In this document: positions 49,081 through 63,603 of the stretch, piece by piece
How the letters are laid out: each line of letters opens with the position of its first letter
How positions within the stretch are numbered: the first letter of the stretch is position 1
NCBI GenBank assembly: GCA_965112155.1
Contig: OZ218101.1
DNA length: 64,000 nucleotides
Source: Podarcis liolepis
Taxonomy: Eukaryota
Direction: 5' to 3' (one strand)
Notes under the pieces: model-generated
What the model was told of the DNA's origin: nothing
The model's input: only the letters and a program-made list of their open reading frames with translations
The model's database searches: none
Program-made: the position numbers and the translations under genes

Positions 49081-50022
49081 GAGGAGGTTCTAATTTCTTG
49101 TGCCAATTTAAAGTCTTGAGTGAAGAGACGGAGAAGAATAAAAGGGTCCGTGCTAAAGACCTCACACATAGGTTGGGGGAAGTCCACCAAAACCACAAAC
49201 CACAACTTCAAAATTGTAAAAAAAAACCACCCATATTTGACACATACTGTGTACAGTGTGGAAATAAACCTTGGAAGGGGGAGAAAAACAGATAACTGTG
49301 TTGTTCTTGTGGCATTTTACCGACTGCACAAATGTCCTCACTATTCCGTGTCTGCTATGGAGAGGGAGGTGTCTCTTCCAGATTCAAGAATAGATGCAAA
49401 GCTGAGGAAAACTGCAGCGTCTTCCCTGGCCAGGAGCCCACAGAAGCTGCTTTCCTTCTGGATAGCAATTAAGATTTTTAATCATGCATTTGGAAACAGT
49501 GCAATAATTACCAAAAAGTGAGGAGATTCTTTGATGAGAAGACAATCTTAAATGCTACTGAAGTTGCTAGCAATTCCAAAGTAAATTTAATAGGGTTTGC
49601 TCACTACAGTACATGATGCCATTAGCTAAGGAGTGAGCAATGTTTCTGGGGAACAGCAGGGCGCTTTGCATGCAGTTCGATAAAAATGTGTAAGTACCGC
49701 CTCAATGCGAGAAAGTCATCCTCATAAAAAGAGAGAAACACCAGAAAATCCAGCTCTCTCAGCCTTCCCTGCTTTTGTCCTCTAAAATAAAATCAAGTAT
49801 TGTTTATGAGAGATGGATTAAGGAAATAAAGTACAGTAACTGACAATGTTATGTGGAGGCGTTTCATGAAATTATCCTACTCACTAGGAAAAAAATGATT
49901 GCTTCAGCACAGAGACCAACGGTAGGCTGAATAGCATGAACGGATAACAAAATCAACCTGTGCTGATTGCTAGACCTGTACAAGAGCACAGTGTGGTTAC
50001 ATTCAGATGTAATTCTTAAAGT

Positions 50023-50380
50023 CAGGGGTGGCACATCCTATTTTGCCCCTTGAGGCAAAACAGGTGGTGCCGCACTTCCATTGCCACCTTGCCACTACCA
50101 CCATACCCGCCGCCGCCACCACCTACACCACCTGCTCTGATGCCTCCACTACTGGCAGAGAAGCAGCACTGGAACTGGCACCAGTTTCAGGTAAGATCTC
50201 ATCTAAATCATGTGAGATCTTGTGTGTTTTGCAAGATCTCGTGAGATTTTAGTGAGATCTGGCCCAAAATCTGCATCAGTGCCACTTCTCTGCCACTGTT
50301 GGAGGAAATGGGGCACCCACAGGGGTTTCTGCCACCTGAAGCGATGGTCTCATCACACCTAATGGCTGGGCCAGTCCTGG
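50023..50380. mobile_element. Degenerate hAT-type non-autonomous element
   Basis: CAGG...CCTG ends and subterminal TGCC.CCTGA motifs. A related remnant lies at about 39810-40130. Confidence 0.45.
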
Positions 50381-53300
50381 CTAAAAGTTATCAAAGCTTG
50401 AGCTTCGCAAAGCTGTCTGTGAAGGGGAAATGTCCATTTGCAGGCATGGTTTCAATCTGGAAAGCCCCACTTAACAAGAGAAAATTGAGAGCACACTTTA
50501 ATATCCTGATTGTTCCTTTGCATCCATGCCTTTACCTGTCCTGCACAGGTACATATTCCTATGTAAGTGCTGTACACCAGGCATAATAATTAATATTAGA
50601 TGTGAGACAAGTGAGCATGCTTTGGAGGAAATGGAATCTTGGGACAAACCACAGAGTATGCCTTCTTTGTTTTGGATATTGCCATCTCCCAAAAAAATCA
50701 TTTTCAATATATCCATCCTCTGTCTTCAGAAGAGCTTCTGTGTTTGCTGATGGAATTCTACATGTTAAACTTCTTTATATATTCTGGTCCATTTCTAATG
50801 CTTTCTTAGCTACAATAGAGTATAATTTACTCACATTATGCTACTTTTACTTAATCTGTGACATTATTAACTGTAATGCTTTCTATGCATGTTAAAGCCC
50901 CTAAAAATCATTTTAAGTTATTCTGAAACCCTCTTCTCATTTGGGATTTTTGAGGAAGTGCTTAGTCATCAAAAATAATCTTTGTTGCCATTTTTATAGC
51001 TGCTGCTTGTGTTAATGCAATGCATATTAGGGCTGCGTGATACCATTGAAAAGGTTTTGCTTCGTTGTGACTCAACTGTGCAAAATATGGCTAATAACAA
51101 CATCACCTTTTCAACTGTTCACTAAGATCCTTAGCTCTCTATTTAAGAAGTTGTGCTTTGCTGTACAGAAAGATAAGCACCGAAAACTGGAATAATAGAA
51201 ATTCACTATAGGCTAATGTCTTACAAATGCAGCAATTAGGTCTTAACTTCATGCTCTTGTTCATGTGATTAGCTGTATCCAAACTGATTAAAAAAAAATC
51301 TTACAGAAATCCATATATGTTGCTGTATATAATTTTGAGAATGAAAGCTGTGTCTAATTTTCAGTGTTGCAATTCAGCATTTTCCAAGATGGCACAATTT
51401 TAAGATACCAAATGTATAACAACTGAAATGAATTTGCAGTTCAGCATCTCTATCACTCTATTCCAGCAGTATTCAGCTTCCAATATTATTATTTGACAGC
51501 TGATATTTTATATTTGGAAATTTTTGATTTTTGATTATCAATATTTTATACCTGACATGTTTTGATCACTGATCAAAATGCCCATGGCCCCATCATTAAT
51601 ATTAAATATTAAAGGAAAAAAATAACATTTTTATTTTAGCCTCCTGCTAATTAATGGCTTTTTAAAATAACTGCTGTTTCTATATGAATTAATTGCTTTA
51701 ATAATAAATTGTATATTTAAGGGGTATAATGTGGTTTTTAACTGGATGGTTTAATGGGTTGTAGCCAACTCACTTCTGTTCAAAGGAGATCCATTAAATA
51801 AAGCTAATTTAGTCATGTTTATTAACTTCCATGGGTCTACTCTTAAGTAGGCCTAGAATATGGCTATAGTCCTATATTTTTATGGTCTATTATTACTGTG
51901 CTGCCTTGGGAGGACAACTGTGCCATTAAAAGCAATATATAAAACAGTTAATAACTAGATGAGAATATTGCATTTTTCTTATTTATTTAAAATATCTATA
52001 TACCCTGTAAATTTCAGAGTTACAAGCAAATTCACAAGGCATCTTCCAAAATGTAACTGAATAGAAAACATCATAAACAACACAATACAGTAATACAAAA
52101 CCATAAGAGAGCAGCATAAAATCAGAGTAAAACAGCACTAAAAAACCTCGTAGAAATCAAATTCAATTGCAGCAATATCACTGCTCATTAAAAGCAGAAA
52201 CAACAAGAATTGTTTTCACTTAGCAGAGATACTGACAAAGCAAACATCTCTAGAAAGAGCATCCCACAACTGGGGTACCATCACAGAATATACACAACCT
52301 TCAGTTGTTATATGTGGGAGAATATTATATCTGACAACTAGTGCATGTAAACAAGCATTTTCAAAATTTGATCAGAACCCTGCCCAGGAATCTTCATGAT
52401 TCCAGTCAACTGCTTTTTGTATTTTTACTGTTGCTATGATAACTGCTTTTGTTTCTGATGTTTTTAATCTACTTTATATTTGTTTTATAGTTGTAGGCTA
52501 TCTTGGAAATCTAGATTAATAAAATTGTGGGGGTTTTTTGTTTTGTTTTTAAAGGTTCCCTCCTGGGAGGCTGCTCCATTGGGCAACATCCAATATTTTA
52601 CTATATCCACACTTCTCTCAACCTTTAAACCTATTGAACTGAGAAAATGGTCACAAATCCACTGACTGCTTGCTTCACTAGTTGGCTCATATATGCTTCA
52701 CTGCCAAATAGAACATATCTTTTTTTAAAAAAACACACCCAATGGTAACTAGGCAAAATGAAACTTTAATTCCCCCCCCCCCTCCTGCATGCTCAGAAAA
52801 TCTGCCCCAGAAACTTTAGGGATCTCAAGATCAGATTTGGGGGGCATGCAAGGACTGGGGTGTGTGGATAGGAAGGTGAAATCCTGTTGCACAAGTTGAA
52901 GGCCACTCACTCAACACTGAATTCCACCCAAAGATGATAATTAAAACAAGATTTGTGCACACATCTATTATTTCATTCTCCTATGCATTATTTCATTTTT
53001 GCAACACGATTTAAGGATTTACAAATGGAAGAAAAGCACACTGCAAGCTCTTATCTTCAATTATAGGATTCAGTTGTGGTTCCAAATACGTCAACAAAGC
53101 AAAAAAGCATCTGATGGAAACTTAGGTAGGGCTCTAGTTGCTATGAAGGGGGGGGGGACTTTTTGAGGGAAATAAAACATCTCATGCTGTTGTTCGGAAC
53201 TTTTCTTGTGACATTCTTTTCTTTGTTCTCTAATATTATGTACTAGAAATGCCACTAAAGCCATAAGTCTCTTTCCAGTTACACCCAAGAGCCGAAGTTA

Positions 53301-55943
53301 AGCCGTGCAACTCTGACTTCAGAGGTTATGAGTATTACTCACCAAGATCCCCCAAACCTCTTATATCAGTATTTTTGAGTCCGGGTGCTTTTTTTTTTTT
53401 TTTGGTCAGAAAGCACTCATGAAAACTTATGCAATATTCCTCCAGGGGGTGAAAAGTACAAGACAGAAATGCTTAAAGCTGTACATAACTGAACATGAGC
53501 TGTGCTGCAGGAAAGAAGTTGACCTTCTCAATGACAAAGAAGTAAAAAAAAAAAAAGTAACAAAAAATCAGTGCTGCGGAAGAATGGGGAGGGGGCAGAT
53601 CAGTAACTCAGAAAAAGTGACTGACTGCAAAATCCAGATAGGATATATATTAGCCGTATTCAATAAGCAGGTGATGGGATGGGTAAACAGTGTTAAGTGG
53701 AAGGGAACGATTTCACATATGTTATTGGATTCTTTCCCAGTTGATTGGAAAACCCTGAGGGGAGTAGCTTGGAATTTGGAATTGAACAGGCAGGGTTAAA
53801 AACTACCATTTGTTCTCTAAACATATTCAATTCTGACTGCCCACTCTTATTAACCAGCTTGTCGGCATATAAGTGTTCTCATTAAATTGCCCAGGTATTC
53901 AATTAAACCGTTTGTCTATTGCTGTTTGGGAGGAAAAATAGAGATGGAGAGGGCAGGCAAGCAATGGCTGGCATTTCCTGAGCTCTGACCTTTTAAATGA
54001 AGGTATTCTCTAACAAAGTTTTATTTCTTTCTTAATTTCAAAAGCTAGCTTATGAACGGCAAAAACCATCCCACAACGCCTCCATCACTATCTGGGTTGC
54101 TAGGAAACTTTTCACCCACTTAAAGCAAGCAAATCTTACCCCTTCAAGATGAGAAAAAGTTTGCACCACAGCACCATTTCACAGTGAGCAGCTGCTGGCT
54201 CAGTGCAGATGGGACACTGGAATGATCATGTGTCAATCCTTTGCCACACTAATGCAAATATGTCTAGGAAGGGCTGGGCAATGTGTCCAGTTCCATGGGG
54301 GGGATGTGTATGGCCTCCCTTTCACATAAGTAACACAAAGAGGGGACTTGGGTGTAGTTTGACTCATCACGTTTTGCCCGTTGGTGCCAAATATTTATCA
54401 GGGCTGTGCACAGACCCCAGTCTGCCCTCCCTGGTATCCCTTCCCAAATTAACTTGGAGGTGCCGTTCCAGCCTCATGCATAGTGCTTGTTTGAAAGCAG
54501 CTTTTCTGCAGCGAAGGCACTTGCTGATGGACATCCTGCACCACACAGGAGAGTCAGGAAAGAGGCTCCTACCTTGTTCTGGATAACACACCGAGCAGTG
54601 AGGGTAGCCCTTTTAGCAGTTTCACTGCCAGGTGTCTGCTTCTCTTTCCTGTCTGACGTCCCACTACCAGACAGTGAAGGATCACTCTGGGCCATACAAT
54701 CCTGACCTGTAGCAACTGTGGCTGTCCGCACCCAACTCAACTGAGCCCGCATCTAAGTCCCTCTGAATATGCCAGTTTTTCTGGTTCCGGACTCAGCTGA
54801 ATCCAGCACGCAGCACTAGCAATTATTTTGTATATTCATGCAAGAATATGTTCAACCAATATACTATTCTTGTAACAAAATGTAAAGTTTGATTCCAGGA
54901 ATGTGTCACCAGCTTAGGAAGAAATACAAAATATATTTAGGAACAAAAGCTTTGCATATATTATTCTTTTGTAAATGTGATCTTAGACTTAGCAACATTT
55001 GATCAAGTTACTTTATGATCTCACTGTCACCAACTGACAACTACTGCTACCCAGTAGATCACTGTGGCTGTGCTGCAACAGATAACCGAGCTCGTCTTAA
55101 TAAATGTGTCTGTTTGACAGACTGGTTACCTTAATGTCACAGCACTGCCACACATGATTTTTTTCTTCTTCACATTAGTTACTGATGGTGCCATTTGATT
55201 TAAAACCCAGAAAGATGCTTGGTGAAATCCTAGTATTTTAATATGGATCTTGAACAATGTTTTGTTTGTTTGCTTACTTGCTTGTTTCTAAGTATCAATA
55301 ACCAGCTCTTCACTGAGGGACAATGTTATGAAATAATATTTAAAATTACACAGAAAAAGAACAAGAATATACAAAAATTACAGAACCCATAAAAAACCCA
55401 AGTCCAATAATTAACACAAACAACTTCACAACTTAATCATAAAAGAAGCAAAACTAAACTCCATTAGAGACGACAATCAGAATTTCCAGTTGAACCAAAT
55501 ACCTGGGTAAGAAAAACAGGACATCTAAGAGACTGAAGCAACCAAACAGCTTTAGCAGCATTCCCCATCCCCACTTCTCATTCAGGCAGCCAACTCACAC
55601 CCCCTCTGTCTCTCACACAAAGCGGTCCCCATTCTGTGCCAACAGACTCTCACTCTGTCGTAATGCCCCTTAAGCAGTGATCTCTGGCAGAAAGTTGGTC
55701 AGTAGCCCAAAACAGATTTTCTCTCCTCTTTCCAGAGCTGCCAATGCTCACAGACTTCAAGATCAGTAGGTTTATTAGGGTGTACAGGTATAGTTTCTCA
55801 ACCAAATCATTGTTCATATTTTGTCAGTTAAATTCAGGTGAACTACAGCACAAAATATGGGATTCTTGGGTTGGCAGAAATGGTAGCCTAGGGTCCAAGA
55901 TTTTAATGGAAGCCCAAGCAATGACTCTATCTCTCCAGATGTA

Positions 55944-56320
55944 AAGGTAAAAGGTAAATGTAAATGACCTTTGGATGGTTGAGTTCAGTCAAAGGCGACT
56001 ATGGGGTGCGGCGTTCATCTCGCTTCAGGCTGAGGAAGCCAGCGTTTGTCCACAGACAGCTTTCTGGGTCATGAGACCAGCATGACTAAACCACTTCTGG
56101 TGCAATGGAACATTGTGACAAGTGTCAGAGCACACAGAAATGCTGTTTATCTTCCTGCTGCAGTGGTATCTATTTATCTACTTGCACTGGTGTGCTATCA
56201 AACTACTAGGTTGGCAGAAGATGGCACAGAGCAATGGGAGCTCACTCTTTCATGCGAATTCAAACTGCTGACCAGCAAGCCCAAGAGGCTCTGTGGTTTA
56301 GACCATAGCGCCACCTGTGT
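55944..56320 (-). mobile_element. Sauria SINE
   Basis: Body homology to the other copies and TSD TCTCCAGATGTA. Confidence 0.88.
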
Positions 56321-57140
56321 CTCCAGATGTATATAATAACATTGTATAACATTGTTTGGATGCTTCCAGCACACAATTGTAGCAGAGTCCAGGGCCCTGA
56401 CTTATACAGGCAATGGGCTGAATACATCCCATAGTAAATTCTGTTGGAATGAGTAGTACCTACCGGTATCTATTTATGTCACCTTCTTTCCCCTCAGTGT
56501 TGTAAAAAGGAAATCTTGTAGACTGTAGGTGTGATTTGGAGCAAATGGCAGAAAAGAAAAGGTTTAAGCAGTCCCTGGTCTGATCTCAAGTTCTGCTTCC
56601 TACAATTCCATTTTATTAAGTTTTACAATGAAAGGAAGTATCTCAGAAATGTCCATCACATGCAGTTTGCCCCTCTCCCCTGCAATCCATCTCCCCTCCT
56701 GATGATCTTTCCTCTGTCTGCTTACTTGCTTCAAACTGAACGATTCCTCCTCCTGCATATGTGCTGAGACTTATTCTGATTGATTCTTCCAGCTTCTCCC
56801 ACCCTTCTTATGGATATTAGCACCTCAGAAATTACCAATATGAATCTCACTTTTTCTCTTGCAGTTGTTTATTTTTCAATCTTACCTTGGACAGCGACAG
56901 CATCTCATGAAGATTAATTTATTTGGATATTCCTGTTTTTCCTTCCTTCCTGTTTCTGTTAGTTTCTCACCTACCACAGCTAGTTGTAGGCTGCTCCTTA
57001 GTAACATTTCTGCCCACAACTGTAATTGCTGAAAATATTTGTGCTGGTTTCCTTCAGATCTCCACAGGTCTGGCTGGCTACTGGAAGGTGACCTCTTCAC
57101 TTGTTAATTAATCACAGTATCTTGTTTCTTAGCGACATAG

Positions 57141-57272
57141 TCTGGATAGCTCAGTTGGTTACAGCGTGGTGCTGATAATGCCAAGTTTGCAGGTTTGATC
57201 CTGCTTCATATTCCTGAATTTCAGGGTGTTGAACTAAATGATCCTCAGGTTCCCTTCCAACTCTATGATTCT
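57141..57272 (+). mobile_element. Short SINE with a tRNA-Ile-derived head and a CR1 3' tail
   Basis: TAGCTCAGTTGGTTA.AGCGTGGTGCT.ATAA.GCCAAG..GCAGGTT.GATCC follows vertebrate tRNA-Ile. Tail is CCCTTCCAACTCTATGATTCT. Confidence 0.8.
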
Positions 57273-58515
57273 GGGTACTATTTTCCCTGCAATTCGCCTT
57301 TTTAAAAATGCATCTGGTAATTGAGCATTTACAGGTCAAAAGGAGCTCTGCAGAAGCACAGCAGTAAAGTTCTATATCTGAGCAATGCTGAATATTATTT
57401 TGTAGCTTTAAAAACAGGTTGCAAGACATATTCCATGATTAGCTATTCTGTCTGAGTGGATTACATTAAGCCTTTGGTGCCCAAAAAGGAATGCACTTGA
57501 TCAACAAGCTCAGGGCCGATGCCATAATATTGTCTCCAATCAGTGTCAGTCTTCCTTGGCCATTCTTTGCCATGGACAATGCAAACCAGGAAATCATGGA
57601 AATGGACAGCAGCAATTAACATGATTACAGCTTTTTGATTCCTTTTTTCCCTGTCTGCTGCAAAGGCAGGAATTTCCAGCAGCCATATGCACAATTGTTT
57701 GTTTCACATGTTAATGCTGACCTACATCAGCCTTCACCAGTTGGTGCCCTCTAGAAGTTCTGAACTACAACTTTCATCAACCCCAGCCTACATGGAGAGT
57801 TCCTGTTGGTCAAAGGCTGGTCTACTACACGATTGCATGTCCAGGGTTTTCTAGGGCTGGTCACTGACAGGAAAATGTGCGAATTGGCCAAGGGTTTCTG
57901 TTCTTTTTGAACTGTGGCTTGAAATAAGTTATTGCACTATTTTATTGCATATAAGTTATTGTTGTAAAAGGAGTCAAGCACAGGCCATGCAATAATAAGG
58001 TACAATTTGTACCTTGTGCACAATTTCAAAAATCTGCAAAATACACAACCACACAAATTTCAAAGTAATGACATCTCAAGGCCATTTAGATCATGGAGGA
58101 TAAGCTATGCTTTCCCTCCAGTGTTGGGGACAGTGTGCCTCTGCATACCATCTGCTGGGAATCACAAGCAGTGTTAGTGCTATTGCACTCAGGTGCTGCT
58201 CAGAGGCTTTCCATGGGCATATGGCTGGTCACTGTAACATTTCCAGAGAATGAATGAATGAATGAATGAATCTTTATTTGTGTCAGCCATCAGCCATAGC
58301 AATAAAACAACAATACGATATACAAAGATTAGAAATGAAAAGTCAGACCTTTGAGCCAATACTATAGTGTGGGACCCACAATGGAGGCCAGCTGGTGCTC
58401 TCTCTCGTGTTTCTGTCCCTTGTTAATGATAACAATATAGGCTCAAAGATACCTCACTAGAAAACTGTACATCCCCTATGATGGATTACCCCCCCCCCCA
58501 ATTTCTCTGTGTGCG

Positions 58516-58517
<2 letters not shown>

Positions 58518-58568
<51 letters not shown>
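58518..58568. repeat. (GA)n microsatellite
   Basis: Seen directly. Confidence 0.92.
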
Positions 58569-58570
<2 letters not shown>

Positions 58571-60248
58571 CATTCTATCCTTTATTTGGTCCTTGCCTAA
58601 TTCTCCAAAGCACTCATTTGCATTTAACTGATTTGATACATTTGTCCATCTGTTGCATAGATGAAGCAATGTAGGAAGGTATCATTGTCTCTTTGTTTTA
58701 AGATGGCATCAGGTTTTTTGGTTTTGTTTTTTGTTTAGAAATTCCCAATTGTTCTTTCATCCTTATGGATGGGGTGCACTCACTGAACAATGGTAATGCA
58801 AGTCATGAACGTCAGGCACTGAAGTAAAATTTGGTTTTTAGATTTTTAATCAATGGGATGGTAGCTATAAATAACGTTTGCACTATTTAACTATTTTATT
58901 TGAACTTGAATGTGCTTTTACTAGAGAAACCTTAATTGCACATCCAGCATATAAATTATACCATCTACAAAACAAGCCATATTACAGCCAATAAGTATCT
59001 TTTTGTGTTTCAGCTGATGAGATTCCTGCTTAAGCTGGAAAAGTCTCTTTCATTTCAAATCCAGTCACAAGAATGCTTGCTATATTTACTTCTCAGTAGC
59101 AATATCTTTCTTAAATCCTTTCACAGTAGCTCCTTTGAACATAGTAGCAGGTCTGAAATGCCCTGTGATTTAAATCCAAGTACTATACAAAGAATTCTTC
59201 AAACGCAGAATTCTATTTAACTGAGCATTAGAAGCATTTCCGCTACCCTAAACATCTGAACTGGAAAGAGAAATCTGCAAGTGTTTGTAATATCTCAATT
59301 CTATAACCACGCTGGCTGTTAATCTCTAATCTTCTTTGCCCAACTTTTCTTTTCTTTGAAAACTTGGTCACGACTATGTTCATCGTAGCTGTAGCTCCGG
59401 TACATTTTAAATATGATAAGCTTACAGGTGTTTACTTCTTCCACCCAGAGAGCCCACATGGAGTTGTCCCTTCATCCTGAACTTACCATATTGAATAACA
59501 CAGCAAACCGTAGTATGAGGGGATGGGGATATTGTCAGACAGTGTGTGCAGGCTTGGATCAAAAGGTACACTTCTGTAAGTGGAAGCCACTTCTGCTTAT
59601 GTAAAAAGCTGTTTTGATTTAGTGGGACAGTATTGCTAGAAATTCATTGATATTCTCTGCAGTTAGCAGAGGCCAAAAGTGGAGATCCTCTTTCAGACTG
59701 AGGGCCAGATTTGTATCTGGCCAAGCTTCCAAGGGCCAAGTGAGCAAGGCTAGAGGCAAAAGTTCTTGCGCAACCACTGTACATTTTTACCTAATTTATT
59801 CTCAATCACTTTGCAGTTTAAATTCTCCACACATTCACAAAACCACCTTTAATGGCTGAAGTGCGAAAAGTTCCATACTACAAAGCCATGAGCAAACTGC
59901 TAGTGCTTCATGTTCTTTTGGATTTATCCCATAGTTGCGAAGTAGAGAATAAGTACTTTGAGTAGTGGCCAATTGACATTATACCATTGTGCATATTCTC
60001 CATCATCACTTATGGTCTATGCCAGTTGGCAGGGATACCTGTGCACATTGTCCATGCGTATGCACATCATCAGCAGTTATGTATATTCCTCAGTGAATTC
60101 ATTTTAGCTACAACATATATATTACTGTTTCTTCAACAGTACTGCCAAACCACAAACATGCAACTGGTTTAACAACTATCTACACCCACTGTTGCTTTCC
60201 TACCTAGGCAACTGTGAAGATCATATTGCATGTACCTACAGTTTCTGC

Positions 60249-60329
60249 ATGGAAGACAGGAGTGCCTGGCGTGCTCTGGTCCATGGGGTCACGAAGAGTC
60301 GGACACAACTAAATGACTAAACAACAACA
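60249..60329 (+). mobile_element. Bov-B 3' terminal fragment, about 80 bp
   Basis: Matches the Bov-B 3' end; TSD ACAGTTTCTGC (60238-60248 and 60330-60340). Confidence 0.92.
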
Positions 60330-60456
60330 ACAGTTTCTGCCTGAGAGGGGATAACTTAGATTTCATGTAACAGTGTGCTTATGACTCTGAATGATACATG
60401 ACATGTCCCTATTCAGAATCTATTGTAATATGATGCTGAGGACCATGCTTCCAATA

Positions 60457-60681
60457 CAGTGGTACCTCAGGTTAAGAACTTAATTCATTCTGGAGGTCTG
60501 TTCTTGACCTGAAACTTTTCTTAAACTGAAGACCACTTTAGCTAATGGGGCCTCCCGCTGCTGCCGCGCCGCTGGAGCACAATTTCTGTTCTCACTCTGA
60601 AGCAAAGTTCTTAACCTGAGGTACTATTTCTGGGTTATCAGAGTCTGTAACCTGAAGTGTCTGTAACCTGAGGTACCACTG
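60457..60681. mobile_element. Tigger/mariner-type MITE
   Basis: TIR CAGTGGTACCTCAGGTTA / TAACCTGAGGTACCACTG, with TA on the left and TT on the right. Confidence 0.85.
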
Positions 60682-61761
60682 TTTAGTGGTTCAAAAAGAG
60701 TCATGGGTGATGAGAATGGGAAACAGCTGGTAATGCAAACAGATTGTGCAAGTTCTTCAGATATTCTGCTGCAAGTACAACTAGGGGGGAAGCTCATCTC
60801 GCTTGACCTGTCTCTCCTCCTGCATCTTTAGAAACCCAAGCCACTTGCATTGTAGATAAAACCCCTTTTCACATACTTGCAGGCAATATATTTAAGTGAC
60901 CCTGTTTGATATACTTGCCTTCTGAGAGACCTCAAGAAATGAGACATGTGTCTCAAGAGATAATTTCTGGGGTGTGGGGGATGTTAGATAAAATCAATAA
61001 ATTATGTGCCCCAGAGGCAAAACAAACTGTTTCACATGTTGGTTTGCATGGGCAATTCCTACAGTTTCAGTCACTTGTCTAGCAAGTTTCAGCACAAATA
61101 TGAATAATTGAGCTGGACACAGTATGACTACTGAGCCTAAAGAAAACATTACATTTGTACCTGTGATATGTCAGGAGTCGTAAACTCCCAAGTGCAAGGT
61201 AGCCAAAATGAAAGTAACATCCAGGGATTGCTTACAACACCTTTTTGTGTGTCATTTCAAAAAACAACAGGAAAGCAATTTATTTCTTTTGAACTTTGTC
61301 TTTGATAAGTGGTTTTTATCTGGATCAAACCCTTCCATTTTTTTATTTTTTTAAAAAAATGCTTGTCAAAATTTCCATATATTCCTGTCTTGTTATTTTT
61401 GGATAATACTGAGCTCTAAGAAACATCAGTTCAATTGAAATCGTATTGAAAAAAGAATAAAGAAACAATGTAACCAACTAGGGATGAATGAACATTTCAC
61501 CTCCCCAGTACAAAGCTTTGAGTGTGTGCAACAGGCTTACAGGCACTCAGAAAGTACCCACTACCTATGCTTTCCACTTATCCTACCCCAAGCACTTGTG
61601 TTTTAGTATAGGGGCAGGAGACTGTGGCAGCAAAAGTGGGGATAGGTACAATACAGGCCCTGGTGAAGCTTGCTTCTCTGCCAATGAATGCTCTAGATCT
61701 ATAATGCTATAATCACCAGTAGGAACTAAAGCTCCTCATCTTTCCTGGCATTGGCTTACAC

Positions 61762-61956
61762 CAGAGCTTTTCAAATTGCATGTCGTGACACATTAGTGTG
61801 TCAGCTGCAGTGTGTAGGTGTGTCACACGAATGCTCCCGGGGCTGGAAAGGGGTTAGTTTTAACCTCCGGTTTGCTAGTAAAACCGAATTACTGTGTCGA
61901 AAAATGATGCATGTCTAACAAGTGTGTCACCAACATGAGAAGTTTGGAAAGCTCTC
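61762..61956. mobile_element. hAT (Charlie-like) MITE
   Basis: CAGAGCTTTTCAAA / TTTGGAAAGCTCTC termini and TSD GCTTACAC / GCTTACAT. Confidence 0.82.
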
Positions 61957-63016
61957 GCTTACATATTAGTAGGTTGCCCAAATATGAACTTCTGCTGTCA
62001 TCTTCATAGTATGTTTATTGGCACAAAATATATTGGATGTGGACTGGGGATACCACATTCTGTGTTGGTTGTGTGGATGAAGTGGAATAATCCTCCTACC
62101 CTATATACTCCTCTCCCAAGCTTGGATGAAGCTTGGGAGGCAAGTATCATAAAAAACAATGTGTGGCTGAATACAGTAAGTCTGCATTCATCTTAAATGC
62201 TTTCTAAAGTAATTTGATGCTTTCAATAGATCCCCCCCCTTTCTTTTAAAATAATATGTTGCATTTCTCACTCATTGGGGAAAGCAAAATGCTCCATAGC
62301 TGAGTGAATGTCAAAGGATACATCTTATACATTCAGTGCCTGCATTAAGTGGAAGGAAAACAATGAGCAAAAAGAATGGCTTATGAACAGAAGCATCTTG
62401 CTATCTTTTATTGAGAGACAGATCTCCTAGGACTCTTCTCTGCCCAGCTCCACATATATACTGCTGGTTGGTACCAATTTTCTAGAGAGTCATTACCTCC
62501 TAAACTCCAAACTGTAGATTCAAGCAATCAGTGCCAAGGGCACGAGGAGGGGGAAAAACTGTTCTGCTCTGCTAGAGTATCTGTCACTTCCAGCGCTTAT
62601 CCCTGGCCAGAAGAATTTTATGGAGACAGTATTTCTCAAGGCCCCAGAGTTTCAGTCTTATTTTTACACAATTCTCTCCTTTGTGAAACTCTAGGGAAAG
62701 AGTGTCACTTTCACAGCTTAAGAGCACCAGAAATATAGATGTTAAAATTATATTCATTTTATTGTCCTGAGTGTCTGCACGCACACACACACACACACGC
62801 AAATATTTTCTATATTTTTTTCAGAGTGAAGCAAAATGGGTTGGGGTTTTTTAGTGGAGAGAGAAAGGAGAAAGGCTCTTGAATACATATATTCCTTGAA
62901 CAACTGTGGGAATGAGCCACAGCACCATAATGTGCCCAGTAAGTGATTGGATTCCATCTAAGTCTGGCACTTGTCAGATGCAATCCTACTATCATGTTAG
63001 TATAGTGAATTTAGTT

Positions 63017-63154
63017 TAGGGATGGGGAACCTTTGGCCCTCCAGATATTGCTGCAATTTAACTCTCATCAACCCCACCAAGCATGCCCAGTGACCAGGAA
63101 TGGTGAGAGCTGTGTTTCAACAACACCTGGAAGGCCAAAGGTCTCCCCCACCTG
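63017..63154. mobile_element. Older hAT MITE related to 17686-17821
   Basis: TGGCCCTCCAGAT...CTGGAAGGCCA palindromic body. Confidence 0.7.
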
Positions 63155-63535
63155 ATTTAAAGGCATAATTTTAAGGGCTCCCACTTTTTAGCTTTATTGG
63201 ACAAAGTTCAAGAGGGTGGTAGCTCTTAATAGGCAGAGTGCTTAATAGCAGCAAAGTGAAACAACTGCTGTTAGAAGTTCATAGTAAAGCACCATTCTGA
63301 TTTCTGTTTAATACCTCCTGATACCTCTTTCATGGCAAGTCTATTAAGCAATGGGTGGAATCCACTGGGTATCAATCTGCTTAGAGAAGGCATTCAGCAG
63401 GAGGCTTCTATAGTTGATTCTTCCTCTGCTTTAGATCTGCTCCAGAGGGAGGAATGTAGGAGGCAAAGGAAACGCTGAAAATTGCCTTCCTCTTCATTCT
63501 ACTGACATGCAAATAGGAGGTAAAATGAAGTAAGA

Positions 63536-63603
63536 AGCATGCAGGGGACTAGATGACTCTCTGGGTCCCTTCCAACTCTCCAGTTCTATGATTCTATGAT
63601 TCT
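63536..63603 (+). mobile_element. CR1 (or CR1-tailed SINE) 3' terminus
   Basis: GGACTAGATGA...GGTCCCTTCCAACTCT...TTCTATGATTCTATGATTCT. Confidence 0.8.

Noticed and set aside
56882-57100. Minus-strand AAG|GTAAG donor with a 72-aa ORF
   Set aside because: No polypyrimidine acceptor upstream and no recognisable peptide.
57141-57215. Functional tRNA-Ile gene
   Set aside because: The acceptor stem is not formed, the B box is mutated, and a CR1 tail follows, so it is a SINE.
59319-59405. Minus-strand 28-aa small ORF MYRSYSYDEHSRDQVFKEKKSWAKKIRD
   Set aside because: Too short to distinguish from chance, with no homology I recognise.
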